From: Bdellovibrionota bacterium
GTDB taxonomy: Bacteria; Bdellovibrionota_G; JALEGL01; JAGRMV01
Direction of reading: 5' to 3'
Length of the DNA: 64,000 nt
NCBI GenBank assembly: GCA_041391405.1
Contig: JAWKOB010000009.1
Location: 4,167 to 68,166, forward strand
Positions within the stretch are counted from its first letter, which is position 1, and each line of letters starts with the position of its first letter. The position numbers and the translations under genes were made by a program. Below the pieces are notes generated by a model that was not told the origin of the DNA, ran no database searches, and saw only the letters and a list, made by a program, of their open reading frames with translations. Below are positions 41,666 to 54,142 of the stretch, piece after piece.

Positions 41666-43415
41666 TTATCGATGCTCAGGGGATGAGAACATTGTCTGAA
41701 TTTCGTCGTTGTAGTGCTTGAAAATGTTTTTTCTTTTGAGTTTTAAGGTCAGTGTCAGCTCGTCATTTTGCTGCCCAAAAGCCTCTGCAACCAGGTAAAA
41801 AACTTTGATTTGTTGATAAGAGGAAAGGTTTTGATTCACACCATCGATGAGGTTTTGAATTTCTCCACGGATTTCCGGCGATTGCAAAACTTTTTCATAG
41901 TTGTTGATGTTGATTCCGTATTTGGCTGCAAGTTTGTTGATTTGGTTTTGATTCGGAACGATGAGCGCACCGATGGTTTTCATGCCTTCGCCCACCAAGC
42001 AAACTTGATCGATCAGAGGATAGTGTGAAAGTTGGTTTTCGATGGGTTGGGGTGCGATTTTTTTTCCACCGGATGTCACGATCAGTTCTTTTTTTCGATC
42101 GGTGATTTTAAGGAGGCCTCCATTGTATTCACCGATGTCTCCGGTTTTGAAAAAGCCGTCTTCGGTGAATGCATCCTGGGTGGCTTTGTCATTGTGGTAG
42201 TAGCCCATCATCACACTGGGACCACGAACAAGGATTTCATCGTCTTCGGAAAGTTTCACTTCCAGATTGTCCAATACATAACCGACGGTTCCGAGTCGGT
42301 TGTTATGAAGTTTATTGACCGCGATGACAGGAGAGGTTTCGGTCAGGCCGTAACCTTGAAGAGCGGGAATTCCAACTTGTTCAAAAAATTTTCCAACAGT
42401 CACGTTCAGTGCGGCGCCACCGACAACCACAAATTTCAAACGTCCACCGAGCTTGGCTCGGATTTTTTGAAGAAAATTGAATCGTACATTCCATCAAACA
42501 TGGAATTTTGAGTCGTCAGCGCGTGGTTGAATAGTTTTTTGAATGATGGAGTTTCGTCTATGGATTTTACATCCAGAACCTTGTTGTAAACCTTTTCCAG
42601 TACCCGCGGGACCGAAATTAAAATGGTAGGTCGAACTTCCAGCATGTTGGCGGCGATGGTGTCCATGCTTTCGGCGAAATAAATGGTGGCACCGAAATAC
42701 ATGAAGCAAAAAAAGCCAGCCATGCGCTCAAACAAGTGGCTGAGAGGCAGGAACGAGAGAGAAATGTCGTCCTCGGTGATCGAGATCATTTTTGCGGAAG
42801 CTACGGTGTTGGACACGATGTTTTCATGGGAAAGCATCACGCCTTTGGGTTCACCAGTAGTACCGGAGGTATAAACGATCGTCGCCAAGTCATGACTTGT
42901 GACTTGTGACATGGTTTGAAAAAGTGAAGGTGTCCGTTGATTTGCATTGTTCCATCAACCATACAGGTGTTTTGCAGTGGGATGGAGTCTGGGTTTTGTC
43001 AAAACAAACCCACATTTTGATCTGGTCGAAGGAGCCGTGCTTGCGGATGTCTTCAAGATGATCGGCCTTGGATACAATCACCATTTTCGCTTCAGAGTGA
43101 TCGATGATGTGTTTGATTTGTTCGGGTGTGCTGGTCGGGTAGATGGGGACAGTCACAGCTCCGATGGAAAGAATCGCCAGGTCAAACATGACCCATTCCG
43201 GACGGTTTTCAGAAATCAGGCAGATTTTGTCGCCTTTTTTGATTCCTTGGGCGATCAGGCCTCGGCCTACCTTTTCCACGCTTTCACCCAATTCCTTCCA
43301 GGTAACCGGGTGCCATTGATCCTGTTCCTTATAGTAAAGGAATGGCCTGTTGCCATGAGCGTAGACACGTTAAAGAAAAGGTTTGGGAGCAAGTTGTTTC
43401 GGTGAAAGACTTCAT
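41666..43415 (-). pseudogene. Long-chain-fatty-acid--CoA ligase (AMP-dependent synthetase), frameshifted
   Basis: Fragments 42890-43291, 42436-42912 (AMP-binding motif YTSGTTGEPKGVMLSHENI) and 41666-42439 (GYGLTETSP, TGDIGEY, GGKKIAPQPIE). The N-terminal MKSFTE... is in a further frame from ATG at 43415. Confidence 0.85.
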
Positions 43416-43492
43416 AGCCAAATAGTGATCGCTATGCTAAATGAAGACCCTATTTTTGTGAATTTTATTTTGAAAGTTAAATACTAGCCTCC

Positions 43493-44553
43493 ATGTCCAT
43501 TTTTAATAAATTAGAAGAAGTCGAAAAGAGATTCGAGGAAGTTTCCAGTCGTTTGTCGGATTCGACCCTGCTTGCCAATCAAAAGAATACAACAAGGTCT
43601 CCAAGGGGAAGCCAGATCCTAAACCGATCGTGGAAAATTCAGGAATTGAAGAAAACCTCGCAAGAACTGGAAGATAATTATGAACTTTCCAAAGGGGATG
43701 ACGAGGAAATGGCGGAGTTGGCCAAAAGCGAAATCCCGATGTTGGAAGAGTCCAAGGAGCGTTTGGAAGCGCAACTTCAAGTGATGCTCCTTCCAAAAGA
43801 TCCACTCGATGAAAAACGTCATCATGGAAATTCGCGCAGGCACAGGTGGGGAAGAGGCCAGCCTTTTCGGAGGAAACCTGCTTCGCATGTATTTGCGATA
43901 TGCAGAGAAACAACGATGGAAAGTGGAAATGCTCTCCTTGTCCGAACTGAAGGTGGCGCCAAGGAAGCGATTTTCCTGTTGGAAGGCCAAGACGTATACA
44001 GCAAGCTCAAATTTGAAGGTGGCGTGCATCGCGTACAACGTGTTCCTGCCACTGAAGCCAGTGGACGTATCCATACTTCAGCGGTGACAGTTGTGGTCAT
44101 GCCCGAGGCTGATGACATCGATGTCAAAGTCGAAGACAAAGATCTTCGCATTGACGTGATGAGAGCCGGTGGTCCTGGCGGGCAGTCGGTCAATACAACA
44201 GATTCCGCCGTGCGCATCACCCACATGCCTTCGGGAATCGTGGTTCAATGTCAGGATGAAAAATCCCAGATCAAGAACAAAGCCAAGGCGATGAAGATTT
44301 TGAAAACCAAATTGTATGAGCTGAAGTCCAAAAGCAGCAAGCTGCGTTGTCCAGCGCGCGCAAGTCGATGGTCGGCAGTGGCGATCGAAGTGAGCGTATC
44401 CGCACCTATAACTTTCCGCAAAACCGCCTCACCGATCATCGTATCGGATTGACATTGCACAAGCTGGATCTGGTCATGGAAGGCCAGCTCGATGAGGTCA
44501 TCACGGCTCTGCGCACACATTACCAGGCGGAGCTTCTGCAAGCTGGACAATAG
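43493..44553 (+). pseudogene. prfA: Peptide chain release factor 1, frameshifted
   Basis: [18 protein letters not shown] (PxT tripeptide, specifying RF1) and [19 protein letters not shown] (GGQ). Fragments in the frames of ORFs 43493-44452, 43809-44087 and 44347-44553. Followed by prmC as in the canonical operon. Confidence 0.9.
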
Positions 44554-44555
44554 CG

Positions 44556-45379
44556 GTGAAGACGGTCACGCAGCTTTTGAATTGGGCGCGAGATCATCTC
44601 GAGCAGCATCAGGTCATTGATGCCAGTCTGAGTGCCAAAATCCTTTTGTCCTTTGTAACAAAAATTCCGAAGATTGATTTCATCAAGGATCCGGATACAG
44701 AAATCCCAACGTGGCAAATCGATGATTTTGAAAAGCTCGTGAAAAAACGGGCCGAAAAATATCCAATCGCTTATTTGATTCATGAAAAAGAATTCTACTC
44801 GTTGCCATTTTATGTGAATGAGCATGTTCTGATTCCACGACCTGAAACAGAGATTTTGATTGAGTTGTTCGGAAAAAAAATCGGTGATCAAAATCTGAAA
44901 GTCTGCGATGTCGGCACTGGATCGGGCATCATCGCGGTCACGCTCAAAACTTTTGCTGCGCTGACGCACAGCCGTGGATATCAGTCCTGATGCGCTTCTG
45001 GTAGCGCGCATGAACGCAGAAATGCACCAGCCCATCGAGTTTGTAGAATCGAATTTATTGAGTGGCGTTTCTGGCCCGTTCGATGTGATCGTGGCCAATC
45101 TTCCGTATGTTCCTTCTGGAGATATTCCTGGGCTTTCATCCGAAGTTCGCTCCGAGCCTATACTGGCCTTGGATTCAGGAAGAGATGGGCTGGATCATTA
45201 TAGAAGATTGATTCCTGAATTGAAAAACCAAGCTCTCCGCCAAAGGTACGGTTTTTTTGAATATGGAATTCATCAAACTTCAGAGATGATTTCCTTGTTG
45301 AAGGCCCAGGGCTTCACTACAATCGAAGTTCGAAAAAGATTATGCAGGCATCGATCGTATTGTTTTTGCACAGAGGTAA
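44556..45379 (+). pseudogene. prmC: Release-factor glutamine N5-methyltransferase (PrmC/HemK), frameshifted
   Basis: LIPRPETE, VCDVGTGSGIIAV (SAM motif) and VANLPY (NPPY-type motif). The end reads DYAGIDRIVFAQR* in another frame, with TAA at 45377-45379. Confidence 0.85.
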
Positions 45380-45381
45380 TC

Positions 45382-46645
45382 ATGGCACTTGATAAAATTA
45401 AAAATTCATGGCAGTACCCAATCTCTTCAAGGCGAAATTCAAATCAGCGGGTCTAAAAATGCAGCGCTTCCGCTATTGGCCTTGACAGTTCTGGGCAACA
45501 AACCATGCACCATCCATAATGTTCCACAGCTGGAAGACATCAGCAATATGGTCCGCATTTTGGAACATATGGGAGCTTCGGTAAAACGTGAAGGCACGAC
45601 CATGACGGTGGATGCTAGCTCCCTGACATCACACGAAGCACCTTATGACATCGTTCGCAAAATGCGTGTGCATCGGTCGTATTCATGGGTCCACTTCTTG
45701 CCAAATATGGAGAAGCAAAGGTTTCCCTTCCTGGCGGTTGCGCGATTGGCGTTCGTCCAATTGATTTGCATTTGAAAGCTTTTGAGGCCCTTGGTGCGAC
45801 CATTCAGATCGAGGAAGGTTATGTTCTGGCCAAAGGTTCCAAGCTCAAAGGTGCAAAAATCTTTTTCGACAAAGTTACGGTCACCGGGACGATGAATGCC
45901 ATGATGGCGGCTGCTTGTGCCGAAGGTGAAACCGTTTTGCAGAATTGTGCAAAGGAGCCTGAACTGCTTTGTTTTGCCGAAGCGATGTAGAATGGGCGTA
46001 AACGCTTCCGGAGACGGAACCGATACGATTACGATTCAAGGAACCAAAAGCATCAAAGGTTTTGAAATCGACAATATCTCCGATCGGATCGAAACCGGAA
46101 CCTACATGATCGCGGCGGCGATCACCGGTGGAGAACTTTACTTGAAGAACACCAATCCGAAATTTCTCGAGAGCGTGATCGCCAAACTCAAACAGACTGG
46201 ATCCACTGTTGAAGAAGAGAAAAACGGCATTCGGGTTCGTGCAGGTAAAAAGATTTTACCCTGCAACATTGAAACCCAGCCGCATCCCGGATTTCCAACC
46301 GATATGCAGGCGCAATTCGTGGCACTTCTTTGTCTCGCCGATGGGAAAAGCATGGTGTCTGAAACGATTTTTGAAAATCGTTTCATGCACGTTCCTGAGC
46401 TTGCGCGTATGGGAGCAGATGTGAAGGTTTCAGGACATACGGTGACAATTTCCGGAGTAAGAAACTTGAAAGGTGCGCCAGTGATGGCTACCGATCTTCG
46501 TGCGAGCGCCAGTTTGATTTTGGCTGGACTGGTGGCCGAGGGCACCACCGATGTGCTGCGTGTATATCATCTGGACCGCGGATATGAACGCATGGATTTG
46601 AAACTCAAATCTGTCGGCGCCCATATCGAACGAATTCCTGAATAG
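45382..46645 (+). pseudogene. murA: UDP-N-acetylglucosamine 1-carboxyvinyltransferase, frameshifted
   Basis: MALDKIK|IHGSTQSLQGEIQISGSKNAALPLLA (frame change in an A-run), [16 protein letters not shown] (active-site Cys loop), and the C-terminal RVYHLDRGYERMDLKL. Fragments 45389-45775, 45685-45990 and 45917-46645. Confidence 0.9.
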
Positions 46646-46648
46646 AAC

Positions 46649-48305
46649 TTAGTGCGTAAGCTTCTTAAACTTAACTCTGTGAGGATTGACGGCGTCCGGG
46701 CCTAAGCGGCGCTTTTTGTCTTCCTCGTAATCCTGGAAGTTGCCTTCGAAGAACACAACATTGCTGTCGCCTTCAAATGCCATGATGTGCGTGCAGATTC
46801 TATCCAAGAACCAGCGATCGTGGGAGATGATCAGTGCGCAACCCGCAAAACTATCCAGAGCCTCCTCGAGTGCGCGAAGCGTATTCACATCCAAATCGTT
46901 GGTCGGTTCGTCGAGCATCAGAACGTTGGCTCCGCTTTTGAGCATTTTGGCCAAGTGCACGCGATTGCGTTCACCGCCTGAAAGGACGCCGACTTTTTTC
47001 ATCTGTGAATCGCCGGAGAAGTTGAAGCGTGCAGCGTAGGAGCGCGAGCTCACTTCACGATTGCCCAGCATGATGGTTTCATTCGGTCCATCGGCGATGG
47101 TTTCCCAAACAGACAAGTTGTCATTCAAAGCGTCTCGCGATTGATCGACATAGGCAAGCTTTACACTTTTTCCTAGATCGATCGATCCTTTGTCTGGCTT
47201 TTCTTGGTTGGTGATCATGCGGAACAGGGTGGATTTACCCACACCGTTGGCTCCGATGATGCCGACGATACCAGCCGGTGGAATTTGAAAGCTGAAGTTT
47301 TCGAACAGCAATTTGTCACCGAAAGATTTGGTGATGCCTTTGGCTTCGATGACCTGATCGCCCAAGCGTGGGCCGGCAGGAATGTAAATTTCCATTTCCT
47401 CGATGCGTTCCGGACGATTGTCGGAATACATTTTTTCATAGCTCGCCAAACGAGATTTGCTTTTGGCCTGACGCGCTTTTGGAGATGAGCGAACCCATTC
47501 GAGTTCTTTGGCCAAGGCTTTTTGGCGTTTGCTCTCTTGCTTTTCTTCGGTGGCCAAACGGTTTTGTTTCTGTTCCAGCCAGGAAGAGTAATTGCCTTTC
47601 CATGGAATGCCATGTCCGCGGTCAAGTTCCAAAATCCAACCGGCGATGTTGTCCAAGAAATAGCGATCGTGGGTTACCGCAATGACAGTTCCAGGGTATG
47701 TGCTTAGGAATTTTTCAAGCCAAGCCACAGCTTCGGCATCCAAGTGGTTGGTCGGTTCATCCAGAAGAAGGATGTCTGGTTTTTGTAGCAGAAGTTTGCA
47801 AAGTGCCACACGGCGAATTTCACCGCCGGATAAATGAGTAACGGCAGAATCCGCAGGAGGACAGCGAAGCGCGTCCATGGCGATGTCCAACGTTCGATCA
47901 ATTTCCCAACCGTTGACCGAATCGATTTTTTCCTGAAGTTGGCCTTGTTCTTCTAGAAGTTTTTCCATTTTTTCAGGAGAAATATCCGGATCGGCAAACG
48001 CCTCGCCGATTTCTTCAAATCGTTTGAGCCACTGATTCACTTCGCCTAAGGCTTCTTGAATATTTTGTTTTACAGTTTTGGATTGGTCGAGCTGGGGTTC
48101 TTGTGGAAGATAACCCACGCTGACTTTTTCCAGAAAGTTCACTTCACCGTTCACGTTTTTGTCCAGGCCGGCGATGATTTTCAGAAGAGATGATTTTCCC
48201 GATCCGTTGAGACCCAAAACGCCGATTTTGGCACCATAGTAAAAGGAGAGAAATATCGCGGATCACCTGCTTGTTGGGCGGGTAAACTTTGGGAACTTTG
48301 TGCAT
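46649..48305 (-). pseudogene. ettA: ABC-F translational throttle ATPase EttA, frameshifted near 48200
   Basis: KIIFSMHKVPKVYPPNKQVIRDISL..GAKIGVLGLNGSGKSSLLKIIAG is colinear with E. coli EttA. Two ABC cassettes (LSGGEIRRVALC, LSGGERNRVHLA). The exact start is uncertain (48305 or a little upstream). Confidence 0.85.
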
Positions 48306-48418
48306 GGAGAAGATGATTTTTTCCGTATAGAGGGCCTTATAAGGCTTTACCTTTGTAAAATCAAGTAGATATGGCTCGACATTCAAAAACACCTTCTGAT
48401 ACTTACAAATGATCACGT

Positions 48419-49266
48419 ATGTCCTGGATTGAAAAATTAAAGACGCCCAAGATCCGCAATGAACAGAAGTCCGGCTTTCCAGAAGGGCTTTGGGTCAAGT
48501 GTCCACAATGTTCTGAGATCATTTTCCACGAAGATTTGGCCAGAAATTTCCGCGTATACCCGAAATGTCGCCATCATATGCCGCTGGAAGCACGCGAGCG
48601 CTTGAACATTATTTTGGATCAAGGCAGTTTCGAGGAAGTGGACGTCCACATGGCGCCGAACGATCCACTCGATTTCAAAGATCTGAAAAAATACAAAGAT
48701 CGCATCAAAGCCCGAAAAGTCGGCAAAGATCATGAGCTTATATCTACGGCCGCGGAACCTGCAACAATCTGCCATTGGTCATCGGTACATTCGTATTCAG
48801 TTATATGGGCGGTAGCATGGGATCAGTCGTGGGTGAGAAAATCACGCGAACTTTTGAGATGGCTGCCAATGAAAACAAACCGTGCGTGTTGATCACCAGC
48901 AGTGGTGGAGCGCGAATGCAAGAAGGTATTTTGTCACTGATGCAAATGGCGAAAACAACCGCGGCACTCACGCGTCTTCGTCAAAAAGGTTTGCCGTATC
49001 TGGTTCTTTTAACCCATCCGACCACGGGTGGTGTGGCCGCTTCGATCGCGATGTTGGGAGATATTCAGTTGGCTGAACCCAATGCCATGATTGGATTTGC
49101 GGGGCCTCGCGTGATTGAGCAAACCATCAAAGAAAAACTTCCTCCGGGTTTTCAGCACTCTGAATTTTTGCTCGAGCACGGAATGATCGACCGAATCGTT
49201 CATCGTCATGAGTTGAAGTCGGAAATTCACTACTTGCTCAACGCACTTACCCTCAACCGTAAATAG
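48419..49266 (+). pseudogene. accD: Acetyl-CoA carboxylase carboxyltransferase beta subunit, frameshifted near 48750
   Basis: N-terminal zinc ribbon CPQCSEIIFHEDL..YPKCRHH. The CT domain [16 protein letters not shown] ... SGGARMQEG is in ORF 48775-49266. Confidence 0.9.
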
Positions 49267-49311
49267 CGCCTGAGCACTTGACATGAGTTCGATGGGGTTT
49301 ATTCTATAGGT

Positions 49312-49644
49312 ATGAGCAAAAACCAAAATATGACCGAAAACCAAGCCATGCGAGAAGTTTCAAAGTTCTACTTGATCCTTTCCGAAGGTGAAAAAGGCCA
49401 CCATATTCTGTTTTCTCCGGAAATGATCCGTATGACGTTTGAAAAGGACAGCAGTGAGCTTTCCAAGTTGTTTCATGACAACCTGGAAGAGATCAATCGC
49501 GTCCTCAATGAAAGCATGCTCATGAAAAACCTGGATGAGAAGCAAGATCTGATTGCATCGCAATCTGCGGATCTACAACGCGCTCTTGTCTATGGGTACT
49601 TCCAGCTACTGGAAGGGCAGCAAGGCTCCGTTACATTACATTAG
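49312..49644 (+). CDS. Hypothetical protein
   Basis: Intact 110-aa ORF, convergent with coaE (4-nt overlap). No family recognised. Confidence 0.4.
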   Translation: MSKNQNMTENQAMREVSKFYLILSEGEKGHHILFSPEMIRMTFEKDSSELSKLFHDNLEEINRVLNESMLMKNLDEKQDLIASQSADLQRALVYGYFQLLEGQQGSVTLH

Positions 49645-50210
49645 GAATTGCGAATTTTTTGTAGATAGCTTTCGATCGAGCGGTGAAAGCCTTCTATGCT
49701 TCCGTCGTTGTGGATGACTGTGTCGGCTTTCTTAGCCTTTTCGACGTTGGAAAGTTGGGATCGAATCATCTGCAGCGACAATCGATCTTCATTGCCATCG
49801 CGCTCACGCAATCTTTTTAACTGCATGTCTTCCTCGCAGACAATCGCCACAGTTTCATCGAACAACGCCGTCAGATCTTTTTCAAAAAGAAGAGGAATGC
49901 TCACGAAAAGAAACTTGGTGGTACGGCTACGGTGTTGGTTGATCTCGGCCTCAATGACCTCAATTACATGAGGGTGCAGGATGCTTTCCAGATCCTTGCG
50001 TTTGACATCCGATTGGAAAACGATTTTTCGAAGTTGGGATTTGTCGGTGGTTCCGACGATTGAAACGATTTGCTCTTGAATCGAAGGATCCGCAAAAAGT
50101 TTGGAAACGATTTCATCCGCATCGATCACCTCAAACGACTTGGTTTTGAGATAGTTGGTGAAGGTGGTTTTCCCACAACCGATGCCGCCCGTAATTCCTA
50201 TGACTTTCAT
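49641..50210 (-). CDS. coaE: Dephospho-CoA kinase
   Basis: Intact ORF with MKVIGITGGIGCGKTT P-loop and typical CoaE length. Confidence 0.85.
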   Translation of the reverse strand: MKVIGITGGIGCGKTTFTNYLKTKSFEVIDADEIVSKLFADPSIQEQIVSIVGTTDKSQLRKIVFQSDVKRKDLESILHPHVIEVIEAEINQHRSRTTKFLFVSIPLLFEKDLTALFDETVAIVCEEDMQLKRLRERDGNEDRLSLQMIRSQLSNVEKAKKADTVIHNDGSIEGFHRSIESYLQKIRNS

Positions 50211-50269
50211 GGTCAGATTTTATACCATACAGCCTTGCACTTTTCAGCCTTTCGATTAGATTGCGTGCG

Positions 50270-51226
50270 ATGGATTCCCAAAATACAAATGAACTTATCC
50301 AAGCCATGAGAAAGGGCGATCGGCGTGCGTTGGCCCGTCTTTTTGAGTTTGGTGGAAGCGCAAGATGACAACTCCTTTAAAGTGCTTCGTGAAATCGCCA
50401 ATTACGGTGGCAAAAGCCAATCTATAGGCATCACCGGCCCGGCCGGAGCCGGTAAAAGTACGACCATCGATCAATTGATTCGCAAATTCCGCGAGCAAAA
50501 CAAAAAAGTTGGCGTCTTGGCCGTGGATCCCACCAGCCCATTTACAGGCGGTGCGGTTCTTGGGGATCGTGTTCGTATGCAACGGCATAGTGGTGATTCT
50601 GATGTGTATATTCGAAGCATTGGCAGTCGAGGAAAAACCGGCGGTGTTTCATTTTCCACCAGAGCCCTGATGCAAATGATCGATGCGTATGGATCGGATT
50701 ATATTTTGGTCGAAACGGTTGGGGCAGGTCAAAGTGAAGTCGATATCATGAATCTTGTCGACACAACCGTTGTGATTTTAACACCAGAGTCGGGAGACTC
50801 GATTCAAGCGCTCAAAGCTGGAATGCTCGAGATCGCCAATATTTTTGTGATCAACAAAGATCGAGATGGCGCCGAACGCATTGCCAACGACATCAAGATG
50901 ATGCTTTCCCTCAATCCGTTTCAGGAAGGGTGGCAGCCTCCGATCATCATGACTGAGGCGCAATCCGGTGATGGTATCGAAGAATTGATTGAAGCGGTCC
51001 ATGCGCATCAAAAGATCTACAAACGCGCGGTCGAAGTCCACAAGATTTGTTGCGACGTCGCACGTACATGCTCAATGAAATCATTCAAACGCGTCTGATG
51101 GGCCGAATCAAAAAATACACCGAATCGAAGGCGGATCTGCAAAGTGCTTTGAAAGATTCAGGTAAAGAGCCGAATTATTACGCCCTGGCCGATGAGTGCA
51201 TGTCTGCATTGTTGAAGGATCAATAA
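50270..51226 (+). pseudogene. MeaB/ArgK-family G3E GTPase (LAO/AO transport system ATPase), frameshifted at both ends
   Basis: MDSQNTNELIQAMRKGDRRALARL joins ORF 50325-51098 after a T-run. Motifs GITGPAGAGKST, AVDPTSPFTGGAVLGDR, ETVGAGQSE and VINKDD-like VINKDR. The C-terminus is in another frame, ending with TAA at 51224-51226. Confidence 0.8.
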
Positions 51227-51243
51227 TCCGTTATAATAAATAG

Positions 51244-52116
51244 GTGGGCTTTAAATCTACACAACGATCATCGTCTGCATTCACACTTGTGGAGCTGATG
51301 ACAGCCATCGTGATTCTCGGTGTTTTGGCGGCAGCCGCAGCGCCAGCCTACAAAAAATATGTAACCCATGTCAAAGTGGCTGAAGCTTATGTCATCATCG
51401 AGGCCATTCAAAAAAACAACACGCTGCATTCGTGGACAATGGATATTTCGTTCCTTATGTGAGTTACACTTCCGATTCGGAAGGGACGTTGACAACGGGT
51501 GCTTCGAAGCAGGTCTTGAGTTTTCATACAGGTTTTGACCACGTAACACCCGAACAACCCCAGTATCAAACGATTCAAGCTTATTACAAGCCCATGCAGA
51601 ATGTGCTTCCAGACGGAACCCCGAGTTACTTTCAATTCAAATCCAGGGCCGGATCCTTCACTGTTGCTGGGCATGTGACAAGCCTTTCGTTCAGTTATGA
51701 CGCCAACACAGGTGTCACAACGCCAGCGCAAGGATTTTCTCCGGGAGTCAGTGGGTTAGATATCTACTTTAAAGTTACTCCAAATGATCAAAGATGTTCA
51801 CAAGCCTTGGATTTCAGCGATCTAGGCATCGCGCAAAGAAATCAGAATGTTCATTATTCCATGGTGTATGCCGGCTTATCGGAAACTGTGGGGAGTTGCA
51901 TGGTCGTCTTTCAGACGTGCAAGCCGTCTCAGGTGCGATCTCCAAAGGACCTTTTGTAACGCTGAATCTTTCGACATATGCAAATCCAAAAACGAAGGTG
52001 ACGGAGGATCGTCCGATGAAGAAGGTAAGGACAGTGGAGAAGGAAAAGATACAGGAGAAGGCAAGGACGAGGAGAGAGTGACTCTGGGGATTCCGTTAAG
52101 CTCAATCTATAGTTAA
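51244..52116 (+). pseudogene. Type IV pilin-like protein (prepilin N-terminal methylation motif), frameshifted
   Basis: SSSAFTLVELMTAIVILGVLAAAAAPAY is a class III signal and hydrophobic helix with Glu+5. The body is in ORF 51432-51959 (C-terminal Cys pair CMVVFQTC). A possible acidic tail lies in frame 51847-52116, with three 18-bp repeats encoding EGKDxx. The end could instead be 51959. Confidence 0.55.
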
Positions 52117-54142
52117 GTTCTTTTCAGCAGTTTTGCATTTGAGTGCACGCGCCAGCGCGATCAGAGGAAATACAAACGGTAATATTCATATCTCAGATAA
52201 AAGTGGCTTGGAAAACCTGTGGCGGTCACTCGGGTTCATCCCAGCTTCCATCTTGATTCTGCGTTTTGATCAGGAATTGAATTCCACGCTCGATGAGCTC
52301 CGGAGAACTTTTCGGACAAGACATCAATCCCAAAAGTCCCCAGGCCGTTTGGCTTGGTGTTGAATAGTAGAGTGGTGTGTATTTTTGATGATCGTAGGAT
52401 TCGCACGATTCACCCCAACCGCCGTCCATATTCTGCGTGGATTGCAGAAAGTTGATACCTTCATGATGAATGTCTGAGACATGTTGCAACCGACCGCTTG
52501 CAATCCGCAAAGCGCCGCGCATGTTCCGTAAATATAATTCACACCCCAACGTCCAAACCATGATCCATCGGTTTCCTGGGAGTTTTTCAAATATTCAATC
52601 GCGCGAATCACAGCAGGATGATCACCACCAATGCCGGCATGTCCAAGGGCTTCAAGCACGTGACCTGTGATGTCCGGAGTGGATGGATCAGAAGCGATTT
52701 CAAATCGGCGAATGGAATGTCATTCAAAATGTGTTTGTTGTTGTCGCGATCGAATGCCCCCAACCTCCGTCGGAGCCCTGCATTCCCAGAATCCATTCGA
52801 TACCGCGTTCGATGGCCGTGGAGACCTTTGTATCAAATTTTTCATGCGGCAACAGAGCAAGAATCGCCAGCGATGTATCGTCCAGATCCGGGTACTGATC
52901 ATTTTCATGTTCGAAGGGCCAGCCGCCCGGTTTTGGTTTGAGGGATTTGTGGATCCAATCACCGTGACATTCGGTGATCTGTTTTTTCAAAAGCCAATCG
53001 CGTGATTTGACCATTTTTTCGTTGTCGCAAGGATATCCCGACTCTGCCAGGGCGTACATGCCAATGGCTGTGTCCCATACCGGGGAAATCGTGGATTGCA
53101 TGCGCAGGTAAGAATCGTTTTCTTCGGCGTAAGTGCGAAGCGCGCCCAAACCTTTTTGGATGTAGGGGTGTTCGAGCGGATATCCGCGAAGATATAGAGC
53201 CAGGATCGAATTGGAGTAGGCGGGAAAAATTCCGCCCCAGTTGCCTTCCGGATCTTGATGTTCGATGATCCAGTTTTCAGCCATATCCAAAGCCTTTTTG
53301 CGGAGAGGCTTCACCGGCGATTTTTCGTAAATTTTCACAAGTTGCTGGGTCATCTTGAAGACTTGTTCCGTTTCAAACAGCGACACTTGGGTGATGTTGC
53401 GAATTTTTCGCGTCAGAGAAATCGATGAAGATAATTTGCGAAGTTCTGGAATGCGCTCATTTTCAGGAAGCTTTTGAACTGGTTTGTGATCGAAAATAAT
53501 CAGCAGAGGAACAATCACAGAGCGCGACCAGCTTGAAAACTCATAGATATGGATCGGGGCTTGTTTCGGAAGGAGCATGAGTTCCGGGCTGATGGCCGGA
53601 ATGCGTTCCCATGGATACTCGCCAAACAGACAAAGATGAATCTTGGTGAACACGCGCGTCGTTTCAATCCCGCCTTGTTCAAGAATGCGATCGTGCGCTT
53701 TTTTCATCGCAGGCTCGTTTTCTGAAACGCCGCACATTTTCAATGCGAAATAAGCCTCGACATTTGCCGAATGGTTTGACGGGCCATTGTAATAAAGATT
53801 CCAAGTCCCATCCGGATTTTGCGCTTCCAAAATCGCGCGTTTGGCTTTGAGTTTGGTTTCTTCATCCAGAAGTCCCAAGAAGCGCAGGAACATTACATAT
53901 TCAGCCGTGATAGTTGTGTTGTCGTAGACTCGGCCTTCCCAATGATCGGTTTTGTGGAGTCCGGTGTAGTGGTTCTGGATTTTATGAATGGCTTTTTTGA
54001 TTTCATTGGAATCGGAGTCAAAAAGAAGTCGGATGGAATCGCTTTTTCTGGATTCACGTTTGACGTCAAAATGTTCATACCTGGCCCCGATATCCGTCTT
54101 GGCAAAAAGGGAGCGCAATCGTTGTTCAAATTTGATGATCAT
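52102..54142 (-). pseudogene. shc: Squalene-hopene cyclase, frameshifted
   Basis: ORF 52724-54142 carries QW-type repeats and the DxDD-type motif YPDLDDTSLAIL. It continues in other frames with GGWGAFD-like DGGWG, DVTGHVLEALGHAG, QNMDGGWGESCESY and TATGFPSHFYLRYEYYRLYFPL. Stop at 52102-52104. Confidence 0.85.

Noticed and set aside
41493-41699. 68-aa + strand ORF in the OMP/fadD intergenic region.
   Set aside because: It has no RBS, runs into the 3' end of the convergent fadD-like gene, and has an odd Arg/Lys/Phe-rich composition. The region is better explained by the leader/terminator or the SD-preceded 37-codon ORF described in the findings.
43493-44553. Frame changes in the release-factor gene as a programmed frameshift.
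   Set aside because: Programmed +1 frameshifting is a feature of prfB (RF2, SPF motif). This gene is RF1 (PAT motif, followed by prmC). It has several breaks, like its neighbours, so they belong to the general indel problem.
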